From contig CAZSKP010000015.1 in the NCBI GenBank assembly GCA_964607485.1, forward strand, positions 1 through 64,000: DNA of 64,000 bases. The letters run 5' to 3'. Under the pieces are notes generated by a model, which had not been told where the DNA came from, did not search any database, and was given only the letters and a program-made list of their open reading frames with translations. Below, one piece after another: positions 20,558 to 29,531 of the stretch. Every line of letters begins with the position of its first letter. Within the stretch, counting starts at the first letter, position 1. This DNA comes from an uncultured bacterium. GTDB lineage: Bacteria > Abyssobacteria > SURF-5. The position numbers and the translations under genes were made by a program.

Positions 20558-21746
20558 GCGTGAAAACCTTCAGCAATGGTTCGATGACGGAGATCGCCTC
20601 GTCGATCTCCTCCCGCGTCGTGGTCAGCGGCGGCAGCAGCCGGAGCACCTTTTCGCCCGCCGTGCCCACGATGAGGCCCCGTTCCGCGCAATCGCTCACG
20701 AGCTTCTTGACCGGCGCGTCGAACTCGACGCCTATGAGCATCCCGAGGCCGCGAACTTCTTTGATGAAGTCGTGTTTTGCCGTAATCTCTCTCATCCTTG
20801 TGAAGAGGTATTGCGAGAGGTCGCGGACCCTCTCGAGGAATCCGTCGCCCAGCATGACTTCGAGCGTCGCAACCGCCGCCGCCGAGGCGAGCGGGTTTCC
20901 GCCAAACGTGGCCGCATGGTCGCCCGGTTTGAAAACGTCGGCCACCTTGGGACCGGCGAGCATCGCGCCGATGGGCACCCCGCCGCCGAGCGATTTGGCC
21001 AGTGTTATGATGTCGGGTTCGATGCCGTAGTGCTCATATGCGAACAGCCGGCCTGTGCGGCCCATGCCCGTCTGCACCTCGTCCAGTATCAAGAGCAGGC
21101 CGCGCTCGTCGCAGAGCTTCCGCAGACCTTTCGCAAACTGGTTGTCCGCAACGTTGACCCCGCCTTCGGCCTGAATGAGCTCTATCATTATCGCGCACGT
21201 GCTTCCGTCGAGCGTCCGCTCGACCGATTTCAAATCGTTGAGCGAAGCGTACTTGAAGCCCTCCGGCAGGGGATGGAAGTTGTGTTGGAACTTTTCCTGG
21301 CCGGTGGCCGTTATGGTGGCGAGCGTTCGACCATGAAACGAATTCAGAAGTGTCACTATCCCGGCGCCCTTGCCGGCTAGGTTGCCCCATTTGCGGGCAA
21401 GCTTTATCGCCGCCTCGTTAGCCTCCCCGCCACTGTTGCAGAAGAAGCATTTGGAAGCGAAGGAGTTTCTGACAAGCCGCTCGGCGAGCACGACCTGCGG
21501 CTCAATGTAATAAAGGTTCGACACATGGATCAGCGTTTCGGCCTGAGTCTTGATTGCCTCGACGACCTTCGGATGGCAGTGGCCCAGACCGTTGACGGCA
21601 AGACCCGACAGGAAGTCGAGGTAAAGGCGCCCGTCGGCGTCCTGTACCCTGGAGCCTTCTCCCCTGACCAGCGCCAGGGTTCGGTGCTTCCCGTAAGTGT
21701 CGATCACGTATCGGTGATTCATTTCAATGATTTCTTTTGAGTTCAT
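20538..21746 (-). CDS. argD: Acetylornithine aminotransferase
   Basis: LGHCHP, NSGGEANE, FHGRT, DEVQTGMGRTG, LAKSLGGG and TFGGNP; arg operon context. Confidence 0.93.
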   Translation of the reverse strand: MNSKEIIEMNHRYVIDTYGKHRTLALVRGEGSRVQDADGRLYLDFLSGLAVNGLGHCHPKVVEAIKTQAETLIHVSNLYYIEPQVVLAERLVRNSFASKCFFCNSGGEANEAAIKLARKWGNLAGKGAGIVTLLNSFHGRTLATITATGQEKFQHNFHPLPEGFKYASLNDLKSVERTLDGSTCAIMIELIQAEGGVNVADNQFAKGLRKLCDERGLLLILDEVQTGMGRTGRLFAYEHYGIEPDIITLAKSLGGGVPIGAMLAGPKVADVFKPGDHAATFGGNPLASAAAVATLEVMLGDGFLERVRDLSQYLFTRMREITAKHDFIKEVRGLGMLIGVEFDAPVKKLVSDCAERGLIVGTAGEKVLRLLPPLTTTREEIDEAISVIEPLLKVFTHEEAQA

Positions 21747-21787
21747 CCGCGTTGCTTTCCATGCCGGTGAAAGGGCCGGCTGCAAGG

Positions 21788-22072
21788 TCAGTCTTCCTTC
21801 GATTTCTCCGGTTTCTTTTCTTCTTTCTTGGGTTCCGACGGCTTGGCCGCCGGAGTCTCGCTTTTTGGAGCCGGTCTGCCGGAATTGGATTTCCTCTTGT
21901 AGTCGGTTTCGTAGAAGCCCGATCCCTTGAAGATGATGCCCGCGCCGGCTCCTATCCTTTTTTTCGTGCCACCTCCGCACTCGGGACATTTCACACGCGG
22001 TTTCGCTGTCATGCTGTGGAACACATCGAACACGTGCCCGCACTTGTTGCACTCGTATTCGTAGGTCGGCAT
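21788..22072 (-). CDS. FmdB family zinc-ribbon protein
   Basis: MPTYEYECNKC...CPECG...FKGSGFYETDY; SD GGAGG. Confidence 0.92.
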   Translation of the reverse strand: MPTYEYECNKCGHVFDVFHSMTAKPRVKCPECGGGTKKRIGAGAGIIFKGSGFYETDYKRKSNSGRPAPKSETPAAKPSEPKKEEKKPEKSKED

Positions 22073-22275
22073 TTCCCAAGAACCTCCGTAAAGCCGTTCG
22101 CGTCTTGACTGCTGATAAGAGTAAAGATTAATTATAATCGAAGCCGCTGCAATTTTCAACCACAGCCGGCTTGCGGAGTCTCCCTTGGACAAGCTTCGCA
22201 TGACCTCTTTCGCTGATCGCAGGGCTTTTGGAATCGGGGAAAATGGTCGTTTTTCGCTGTCAAAGAAAAAAGGGC

Positions 22276-22304
22276 TTGACAAACTCGATAGGGGCTGGTA
22301 CAAT
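22276..22304 (+). promoter_or_regulatory. Sigma-70 promoter of the arsR-family gene
   Basis: TTGACA-17 nt-TACAAT with TG extension. Confidence 0.8.
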
Positions 22305-22306
22305 AT

Positions 22307-22326
22307 ATATCGTTAGAACGCGATAT
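22307..22326 (+). promoter_or_regulatory. Putative ArsR-family operator
   Basis: ATATCG-N8-CGATAT palindrome directly after the -10 box; related copies at 22716-22735 and 27709-27728. Confidence 0.7.
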
Positions 22327-22349
22327 TCCGAATTAAGGGGCCACACACG

Positions 22350-22697
22350 ATGAATCAAGAAGAACTTCTCAAAATCTTCAAGGCGCTCGCGAACGAAAAC
22401 CGGCTGAAGATACTCGAAGCCATCAAGAACAACCAGATGCAATGCGCCTGCTGTCCGGAGGACATCGGGCTGTACGATGTGAAAGAGGGAGCCATCTGCT
22501 GCGTGGATGAAATCGTCGGGCAATTCGATATGGCGCAGTCAACGATATCGCAGCATCTCAAGGAGCTCCACAATGCGGGCCTGCTCATACGCCACAAGAA
22601 GGCGCAACTGGTGTACTATACCGTTAACCGCAGCAAGCTGGAGAAGCTTGCCGAGTACCTGCATCAGTTTGCGACCGACCTGATCCAGCAGGAATGA
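22350..22697 (+). CDS. ArsR/SmtB family transcriptional regulator (Cys-rich)
   Basis: FKALANENRLKIL and AQSTISQHLKELHNAGL; CACC and CCV motifs. Confidence 0.92.
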   Translation: MNQEELLKIFKALANENRLKILEAIKNNQMQCACCPEDIGLYDVKEGAICCVDEIVGQFDMAQSTISQHLKELHNAGLLIRHKKAQLVYYTVNRSKLEKLAEYLHQFATDLIQQE

Positions 22698-22815
22698 GAT
22701 TTTTTTTCGGAAACTATTTCGTTAAATTCCTATATTGTGATGAGTCAATAGAATCGACCTGAATCGGCACGTGGCGCAACAACAAGAGATGAATCCGTAA
22801 GGGAGGATCCGAGCC

Positions 22816-23892
22816 ATGGTGAATCGGAGCAACAAGGCCGGCTCGCGAAGCGTGTTCTATACCTGCTCGTATGTGCCCGAGGAAATCATCATGGCGGCGG
22901 GCCTGCTTCCGGTGCGAATGATTCCGCAGCTCCGGCCTTCCGAGGCCGACGCCTATATGCATCCAAACACGTGCCACTATGTGAAAAGCCTGTTGGGTGC
23001 GGCCCTCGCCGGAGACGCCTCACGGGCGGACGGCATTGTGTTCGCTAATTCCTGCGACGGGATGAGAAGGCTTCACGACCTCTGGACGGAATATGTGAAA
23101 ACCGTGCCCGCGCTTTTCATCGATGTTCCAAAGAAGAAAGACCCGGCTTCAATCGAGTTCTTCGCCTCCGAGCTTAAAAGATTCGCCGGCAGTCTGAAGC
23201 AGGCGTTTCCCGGTTCAAGAGTAACCGATGCAAGTTTGAGAGAGGCGATCGGCGCGTGCAATGGCGTGCGCCTCCTAATGGACGAGGTCTTCAAACTCCA
23301 GCGAGATGCACACTCGAGCGTAACGGGTTCGTCCGTCTTCGAGCTGTGCGTGGAGGGCGCCTCTTCCCATCCGGCGGAATTCGCCGGGAGACTGAGACAG
23401 TTCATTTCGAGTTCCAAGAGTGGGAAGGTCCCCGAGGCGGAGCGAAGGATCCTGTTGACCGGCAACGTCGTCCACAGGCCCGACCTGATTGCGCTCATCG
23501 AGGAATCTGGTGGCCGGGTCGTTGTGCTCGATACATGCCCGGGCGTCAGACATTACGACACACTCGTCGAAGAAGACACGGCCGATCCTATGCTGGCGCT
23601 GGCGCGGAGGTATCTGACGAGAGCGTCTTGCGCCAGGATGGAAGGAATCGAGGAACGGTTTCAGCGGCTCAAGAAGTTGGCGGCCGAATCCAATGCCGAT
23701 GCCATCATCTACAGCACGGTGAAGTTCTGCGACACGTACCTGTATGAGTCGCCGCTGATGCGCAACGCGTGCGAGGACGTGGGCGTGCCCGTTCTCTTCC
23801 TCGAAAACGATTACGAATGGTCCGGTCTCGGACAGATGAAGACGCGGGTGGAGGCGTTTCTCGCGATGGCCGTCGAAAGGGACGCAGGCTGA
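22816..23892 (+). CDS. 2-hydroxyacyl-CoA dehydratase family subunit (HgdB/FldC/BcrC-like)
   Basis: CSYVPEEII-AAG, CHYVKS, NSCDGMRR, SCARM, KFCD and GQMKTRVEAF. Confidence 0.88.
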   Translation: MVNRSNKAGSRSVFYTCSYVPEEIIMAAGLLPVRMIPQLRPSEADAYMHPNTCHYVKSLLGAALAGDASRADGIVFANSCDGMRRLHDLWTEYVKTVPALFIDVPKKKDPASIEFFASELKRFAGSLKQAFPGSRVTDASLREAIGACNGVRLLMDEVFKLQRDAHSSVTGSSVFELCVEGASSHPAEFAGRLRQFISSSKSGKVPEAERRILLTGNVVHRPDLIALIEESGGRVVVLDTCPGVRHYDTLVEEDTADPMLALARRYLTRASCARMEGIEERFQRLKKLAAESNADAIIYSTVKFCDTYLYESPLMRNACEDVGVPVLFLENDYEWSGLGQMKTRVEAFLAMAVERDAG

Positions 23893-23900
23893 ACTGTTAA
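23791..23900 (+). repeat. Direct repeat copy 1 (3' end of the first dehydratase gene plus gene junction)
   Basis: Aligns without gaps to 26341-26450, with 12 mismatches in 110 nt by manual comparison. Confidence 0.92.
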
Positions 23901-24000
23901 GCACGATGGTAAGGATAATGGAACACGATGCAGTGTCTGCACATCGCGCGCGCGAGAGGCCAAGTCTATCATTTGTCGATGAGAAGAACAAAGGAATGTC

Positions 24001-26307
24001 GTGAAAAGGAAACTTTTCCACTTCATTATCAACCACAAGATTTTTGTTTCAACTCTGCTGCTAGGCCTCACGATATTCTTCGGCTGGCATGCTGCAAGAA
24101 TCGAAATTAACACCGACATTGAAGATTTCTATTTGAAAGACGACGTCGAACGTTACAGTCGATTCTTGGAAGAGTTCGGGACGGATCAAGTTGTCGCCAT
24201 CGCCTTTGAAACAGAGGACCCCTTTAGTCCCGAGAACCTCAGGATTGTCGACTCGATCAGCACTAGAATTAAAGAGTTGCCGACTGTCAATAGGGTGTAC
24301 AGCCTCACCACTGCCAAGACGATTTATGGAGAAGATGATACCGTCCACTTCAAGCACTTGATGGATGAAATTCCCCCCACCGGGCAAGCTCTAACCCACA
24401 TCAAGCAAAGGGCTCTTGACGATCCCTTTATTCCCGGAATTCTGATGTCACCGGAAAAGGAGAATACGGCGATCATTGCCGAGGTCGATCATGTCGTCGG
24501 CGAGTCTTACAGAGATGAGATCGAACTGGCAAGAAGAATAAAAAGCGTTCTTAAGGAAGAGGAGAAAAGAACCGGCAAAAACTTCTACATCGGAGGCAAT
24601 CTCATTATTGAAGAAGCCCTATCCCGCTATACTCAGGGGGATAATATGCGAATGGTCGCGCTGAGCGCACTGTTTATGCTGACTATTACATATATCATGT
24701 TTCGCCAGGTAGCAATGACTATCTTGCCCATGGCAGTTGTTCTGCTTACAACAATCTGGACCCATGGCTTCATGGTTCTTATGGGGTACGAGGTCAATAC
24801 CATCAACATCATTATCCGAGCGCTGCTCATGGCAGTTGCGACCGCGGGCTCGATGCATTTCATCGCCGATTACCTCCAGAAAGCAGCCGTAGGCAACCAT
24901 ACGAAGCAAGAATATATTGGGCGGGCGTTTCTTGATGTGGTCACACCCTGTTTCATGGCCGCCGTGACTACCGCAATCGGGCTGTTATCACTGCTGACCT
25001 CGGATATAGCGCCTCTCCGAAAATTCGGGTTGACGGGCGCAGTGGGTGTGATGTTCTCTTTCATCATAAGCATATTTCTCTTGCCGATACTGCTTTCAAT
25101 AATTCCTCTCCCCAAAGGCGGATACCGTGAGCGGATCGAAGGAGGTCTGATTGCCAAGTCCCTCATCTGGCTCGGCCGCTGGCACAAAAGCCGGGCGGTC
25201 ATAACAATCCTGACCGGTTCCGTGGTCATTATTCCAGCATTATTGTGCTTGCCCATGAATGTTGTCGGCACAAACACTATTCGCTATTTGAGAAAGAACG
25301 ACGATGTTCGAAAGCAGATTGAATGGCTTGATACAAACATCAGCGGGACGCGCTCACTGGAATTTTCCATCGATGGCGAACGGGAAGACGCCGCAAAAGA
25401 TCCCTCTTTTCTCAGGAAGATAGAGCGCTTCCAGGATTACCTGAAGGGAATCGACGAAGTTACGGAGGTCTATTCGGCGGTTGATCTCGTAAAGACATTG
25501 AACAGGGCATTTCATGATGGGAAAGAGGAAGAATACAGAATTCCGGATTCATTTTCCGAAGTGAACCAACAGCTTTTCATCATCGAAGGAAGCGAAGAGC
25601 TTGAGCGGTTCCTATCGTATGATTATTCTAAAGCGAGAGTCATGGCAAGAGTCAAGGCTGACAGGGGACTGAGCGTTTATAAACAGATGCCCAAAATTGA
25701 AAGAGCCATGCATGAGATATTCGGCGATTCCGCGAGTATTACAACCACCGGACACCTTTATTCGCATCAAAGGATGGAAGAATACATCGTGACAAACCAG
25801 ATTCGGAGTTTCGTTCTCGCTTTCATCGTGATAGAAATAGTAATGACCGTCATACTCCGCTCTTTCAGGCTGGGAATGCTCGCGATGGTACCGAATTTTT
25901 TGCCGATTCTGCTTGGTGCGATGATGTTGCCGATTCTGGGATTTCATCTCGACATCGGCACAACGATGCCCGCCATCGTCACGTTGGGGTTGGTTGTCGA
26001 TGATACTATTCATTTTCTTTCCAGGCTACGACTGGAATGGGACAAGGCGTTCGATATCAAGACCGCCATCGCGAATTCCATGAGCCAGGTGGGCAGGCCG
26101 ATAATATTTACAAGTCTCATATTGGGGCTTGGGTTCCTGGCGGTGCTCCCCTCCAAGTTCGTTCCCGGCGCCCAATTTGCGGTTCTTGCGGCAATTGTTG
26201 TGATGCTGGCGCTCGTGTATGATCTGTTTGTTCTTCCTGCAATCATGGGTCTTGTCTGGTCGCATCGCGAACAGGGGCGGCTCGCAGTGGACCCGCAGTC
26301 GTATTAG
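24001..26307 (+). CDS. MMPL/RND family transporter (hydrophobe/amphiphile efflux-3-like)
   Basis: Duplicated TM1-periplasmic loop-5TM architecture; LGLVVDDTIHFL and GRPIIFTSLIL; AT-richer than its neighbours. Confidence 0.9.
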   Translation: MKRKLFHFIINHKIFVSTLLLGLTIFFGWHAARIEINTDIEDFYLKDDVERYSRFLEEFGTDQVVAIAFETEDPFSPENLRIVDSISTRIKELPTVNRVYSLTTAKTIYGEDDTVHFKHLMDEIPPTGQALTHIKQRALDDPFIPGILMSPEKENTAIIAEVDHVVGESYRDEIELARRIKSVLKEEEKRTGKNFYIGGNLIIEEALSRYTQGDNMRMVALSALFMLTITYIMFRQVAMTILPMAVVLLTTIWTHGFMVLMGYEVNTINIIIRALLMAVATAGSMHFIADYLQKAAVGNHTKQEYIGRAFLDVVTPCFMAAVTTAIGLLSLLTSDIAPLRKFGLTGAVGVMFSFIISIFLLPILLSIIPLPKGGYRERIEGGLIAKSLIWLGRWHKSRAVITILTGSVVIIPALLCLPMNVVGTNTIRYLRKNDDVRKQIEWLDTNISGTRSLEFSIDGEREDAAKDPSFLRKIERFQDYLKGIDEVTEVYSAVDLVKTLNRAFHDGKEEEYRIPDSFSEVNQQLFIIEGSEELERFLSYDYSKARVMARVKADRGLSVYKQMPKIERAMHEIFGDSASITTTGHLYSHQRMEEYIVTNQIRSFVLAFIVIEIVMTVILRSFRLGMLAMVPNFLPILLGAMMLPILGFHLDIGTTMPAIVTLGLVVDDTIHFLSRLRLEWDKAFDIKTAIANSMSQVGRPIIFTSLILGLGFLAVLPSKFVPGAQFAVLAAIVVMLALVYDLFVLPAIMGLVWSHREQGRLAVDPQSY

Positions 26308-26340
26308 CGTGAACGGCAAAAATATAGTGGGAATACGCTC

Positions 26341-26450
26341 GTTTTCTTTCTCGGAAACGATTACGAATGGTCCGGCCTCGGACAGATGAAGACGCGAATG
26401 GAGGCGTTTCTCGCGATGGCCGTCGAAAGGGGGTCAAGCTGAAATGTTCA
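26341..26450 (+). repeat. Direct repeat copy 2 (non-coding relic of the dehydratase 3' end, carrying the RBS and start of the next gene)
   Basis: Translates VFFLGNDYEWSGLGQMKTRMEAFLAMAVERGSS*, versus VLFLENDYEWSGLGQMKTRVEAFLAMAVERDAG* in copy 1. Confidence 0.92.
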
Positions 26451-27658
26451 AGACAATGCTTCAGATGATGGAAGGGCAGGCCCAGGCCGTACTCGCTGAA
26501 AAAGAGAGCGCAACGTCGCTTTGGCTCAACGAGTGGGCCAAGCTCTTCTTGAAAGCGTACGAGCCGGACAGCAAGGTCGTCTATACCTCCGCCTATGCTT
26601 TTCCCATGGAGCTCCTTGCCGCATTCGACGTCGTCCCGTTCGACTTCGAGATTGCCGGCGCCATGATCGCCTCAACAGAAATGGGCGTGCCAACGATGAA
26701 AGAGGCCGAGGACAGGGGATACGCGCTGGACGTGTGCTCCTTCCACCGGACCGCCCTGGGCGCTTCCTTCAACGATTATTTTCCAAAACCGGATATTCTT
26801 CTCACGACCTCGTACTATTGCGACCAGAAGACAAAGGCGAACGAGATATATTCAATCCTGCAGGGGAAGGAACCGTTCCTCCTCTATGTTCCCTCGGAGA
26901 TAAACAAAGAGTCGGTCGCCTACGTGGAGAAACAGCTTCGGGAAATCGCGCAAAAGGTCGGCGACGTCGCAGGGCAGAAGCTGGACGAAGACCGGCTCAA
27001 GGAGGCCGTCCGCAGTTCGAACCGGGCAAGGCAGTCGCGCTTGAGACTGATGGATTTGCTCAAACACCGTCCCGCCCCGTGGGGCGGGATCCAGATGATC
27101 GGGTTTTCGATCAATAGCTTGCTCTTCGCAGGAACCGAGATCATGGAGAAGCTGAATGAAGCGTTCATACGGAGGGCTGAACGGATAATCCAAACGGGAA
27201 AGCTGAGGCCCGAAAGATACAGGCTCTATTGGTTTGCGTGGTTCCCGACGTATGAATGCAACCTTTTCGACGTCCTCGAAGAAAACGAAGTCGGCGTGCC
27301 GCTCTGCGAGACGCTCAGGGTGCACTGGGACGAGATCGACGAGGACCGTCCGTTCGAAGGGCTCGCGTTGAAATGCCTGAAGAATATCTTCATCGGACCG
27401 GCGACAAGGAGAACCGAAGGACTCGACAAGCTCGTTGACGAATACCACATCGACGGGGCGCTGCTCTTCGCCACGCCGGCGTGCAGGCACGCAAATGGCG
27501 CTTACGGAGTCCTGAAGGAGTCGGTGACAAAGCTGGGCATTCCTTTTCTCATGCTCGACGTGGACATCAGCGACCCGCGCAATTATTCACCCGAACAGAC
27601 GAAGACCCGGCTTGAGGGCTTCATCGAAGTTATGGAGCAGAGGAGGCAGATGTCTTGA
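26444..27658 (+). CDS. 2-hydroxyacyl-CoA dehydratase family subunit (HgdA/FldB/BcrB-like)
   Basis: PMELLAAFD, DVCSFHR, YCD, ACR and DPRNYSPEQTKTRLEGFIE. Confidence 0.88.
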   Translation: MFKTMLQMMEGQAQAVLAEKESATSLWLNEWAKLFLKAYEPDSKVVYTSAYAFPMELLAAFDVVPFDFEIAGAMIASTEMGVPTMKEAEDRGYALDVCSFHRTALGASFNDYFPKPDILLTTSYYCDQKTKANEIYSILQGKEPFLLYVPSEINKESVAYVEKQLREIAQKVGDVAGQKLDEDRLKEAVRSSNRARQSRLRLMDLLKHRPAPWGGIQMIGFSINSLLFAGTEIMEKLNEAFIRRAERIIQTGKLRPERYRLYWFAWFPTYECNLFDVLEENEVGVPLCETLRVHWDEIDEDRPFEGLALKCLKNIFIGPATRRTEGLDKLVDEYHIDGALLFATPACRHANGAYGVLKESVTKLGIPFLMLDVDISDPRNYSPEQTKTRLEGFIEVMEQRRQMS

Positions 27659-27823
27659 ATATGGTTGCCAGCAGATTGGCGGAACAGGGGAAAAATTTTT
27701 GGGCTATTACTTCGGATAATAGCGATAATTCAATAAATGGGCGGGAATCGGGCGTTATCGGAAAGACGCCTTGGAACATACGCCTGAGTTGGAACCTCGG
27801 GCGGAAAGGAAAGGAGCAACACC

Positions 27824-28213
27824 GTGACAACGAACAACGGAGGATGCTGCGGCGCAACCAGTCAACAGGCGACGTGCGGTGAGTCAGCGGCGAAGAAAGT
27901 CAAAAGGGAGCAGAAGCAAGACGACGCTCCCCAGCTCATCGACCACAAGGTCACGCTGCTCATCGCGGCCGGCGCGGCGATGGCCGCCAACTGCGAGGCG
28001 TGCATCAACAAGATCGTCCCCGAGCTCAGGGAAGCGGGAGTCGCCGAAGCCGACATATGCAGGGCGGTCGAGATCGGCCAGTTTGTCAAGGACAAGCCCG
28101 CCGGTCGCATGAAGAACCTGGCCGACAAGCTCACCGGCACCCGTCTTGCGAAGGGGCCGGTGCTGGAGGAATGCCCCGCCGACAAGATGAAGCGGGAAGC
28201 CACCTGCGGGTAG
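27824..28213 (+). CDS. Carboxymuconolactone decarboxylase/AhpD family protein, Cys-rich termini
   Basis: LIAAGAAMAANCEAC (CxxC), GV-EADI-RAVEIG and N-terminal GCCG; SD AAGGAG before GTG. Confidence 0.82.
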   Translation: MTTNNGGCCGATSQQATCGESAAKKVKREQKQDDAPQLIDHKVTLLIAAGAAMAANCEACINKIVPELREAGVAEADICRAVEIGQFVKDKPAGRMKNLADKLTGTRLAKGPVLEECPADKMKREATCG

Positions 28214-28233
28214 TTTCTTGCAAGTCGTAATGT

Positions 28234-28274
28234 CCGGACAAGGGCGGCTCCCTCGCCGTTGTCCGGCCGCTTTT
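28234..28274 (+). terminator. Putative terminator hairpin after the CMD gene
   Basis: CCGGACAA...TTGTCCGG stem followed by CCGCTTTT. Confidence 0.5.
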
Positions 28275-28289
28275 CTAGCGCCGAATGCT

Positions 28290-28318
28290 TTGACATGGCG
28301 GTTCGACTCAGCTATAAT
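28290..28318 (+). promoter_or_regulatory. Consensus sigma-70 promoter
   Basis: Perfect TTGACA-17 nt-TATAAT upstream of the GT9 gene. Confidence 0.85.
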
Positions 28319-28366
28319 TCACACTGAATATTATTCTTAGAAACACACGCACGAGCGACCGTCATA

Positions 28367-29476
28367 ATGAGTGTTCCGCCAGAAAATCTTTCGCCGAAAC
28401 GCATTTTGATTATCAGGCTGAGTTCCATCGGCGACGTCGTCCGCACCCTGCCCGCGCTCGCCTCTCTCAGGCGGCAATTTCCACGCGCCCACATTGCCTG
28501 GGCCGTCGAGGACAAGTCGAGCGGCTTGCTCGAGGGGCATCCTCATCTCGATGAAATCGTGACGCTTGAGAGGAAGAAAATTGTCCAATCCTTCAGGAAC
28601 CCTTTGCGGTTTCACGAAGGCCTTTCTCTGCTCGCTCGATTTGCTGTGAGGATAAGCCGCCCTCGATACGACCTGGCGTTTGATTTCCACGGGATATTCA
28701 AGAGCGGTCTCATCGCCGCCCTGTCGCGTTCGCCGAAAAGGGTCGGTTTCAGAAGGGGGTTCGTGAAAGAGTTCAGCTACGTGTTCACCAACACGAGGGT
28801 GAGCCCATCGGATGCGAGATTGTCGCGAGTGACGAGGAACCTCGAACTGATAAAGCCGTTCGTCCGTCCCGAAAACCTTACGGATAGACCGCTGCTCGCC
28901 CCCGCATACGAGCACCGCGACAAGGCGACTGCGTTCATAAGAGGAAAGTTCGGCGACTCTCATCCCGTCGTGGCCGTTCACCCGGGAACAAGCCGGCAGC
29001 TCAAGAAATGGTTTCCGCAGTCATTTGCCCGGCTCTGCGATATGATGGCCGAGTCGCTTGGGGCGAGGGTGATGCTCACATGGGGACCGGGCGAGCGGGA
29101 TGAAGTGGAGCACATCCGTTCGCTCGCGCGCACGAGCCCCGAAATCGGAATACAAACTAACGGCCTGCTCGAGCTTGCCGCTCTCTTTGAGATGTGCGAT
29201 CTTATGATCACGGTCGATTCCGGCCCGATGCATATCGCCTCCGCTGTGGGAACTCCCGTGGTGGCGATTTTCGGACCGACCGACATTCGCGTCAACGCGC
29301 CGCATTGGCCGCCGCACAAGATAGTGTCGAGCGGTCTCGACTGCTGCCCGTGCGACGAGAACTGCGATTTCGCACGGTGCATGGATGCGGTCACGCCAGA
29401 GGGCGTGCTCGAAGCCGCGCGGGAACTGCTCACGCAGACACGTGTCGCAACGCCGGAACAAACAACGGGCGGATGA
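28367..29476 (+). CDS. Glycosyltransferase family 9 (LPS heptosyltransferase, WaaC/WaaF-like)
   Basis: RILIIRLSSIGDVV, DFHGIFKS, HPGTS-KKW and DSGPMHIA...FGPT. Confidence 0.92.
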   Translation: MSVPPENLSPKRILIIRLSSIGDVVRTLPALASLRRQFPRAHIAWAVEDKSSGLLEGHPHLDEIVTLERKKIVQSFRNPLRFHEGLSLLARFAVRISRPRYDLAFDFHGIFKSGLIAALSRSPKRVGFRRGFVKEFSYVFTNTRVSPSDARLSRVTRNLELIKPFVRPENLTDRPLLAPAYEHRDKATAFIRGKFGDSHPVVAVHPGTSRQLKKWFPQSFARLCDMMAESLGARVMLTWGPGERDEVEHIRSLARTSPEIGIQTNGLLELAALFEMCDLMITVDSGPMHIASAVGTPVVAIFGPTDIRVNAPHWPPHKIVSSGLDCCPCDENCDFARCMDAVTPEGVLEAARELLTQTRVATPEQTTGG

Positions 29477-29531
29477 ATGTTCTTCCCTGTTTCACACTGA
29501 AAGAAGACATGTTTCGTTCCAAGAGGAGGTA

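Noticed and set aside
21747-22079. Apparent N-terminal extension of ArgD (513-aa ORF)
   Set aside because: It overlaps the FmdB gene in another frame; aminotransferase homology starts at 21746.
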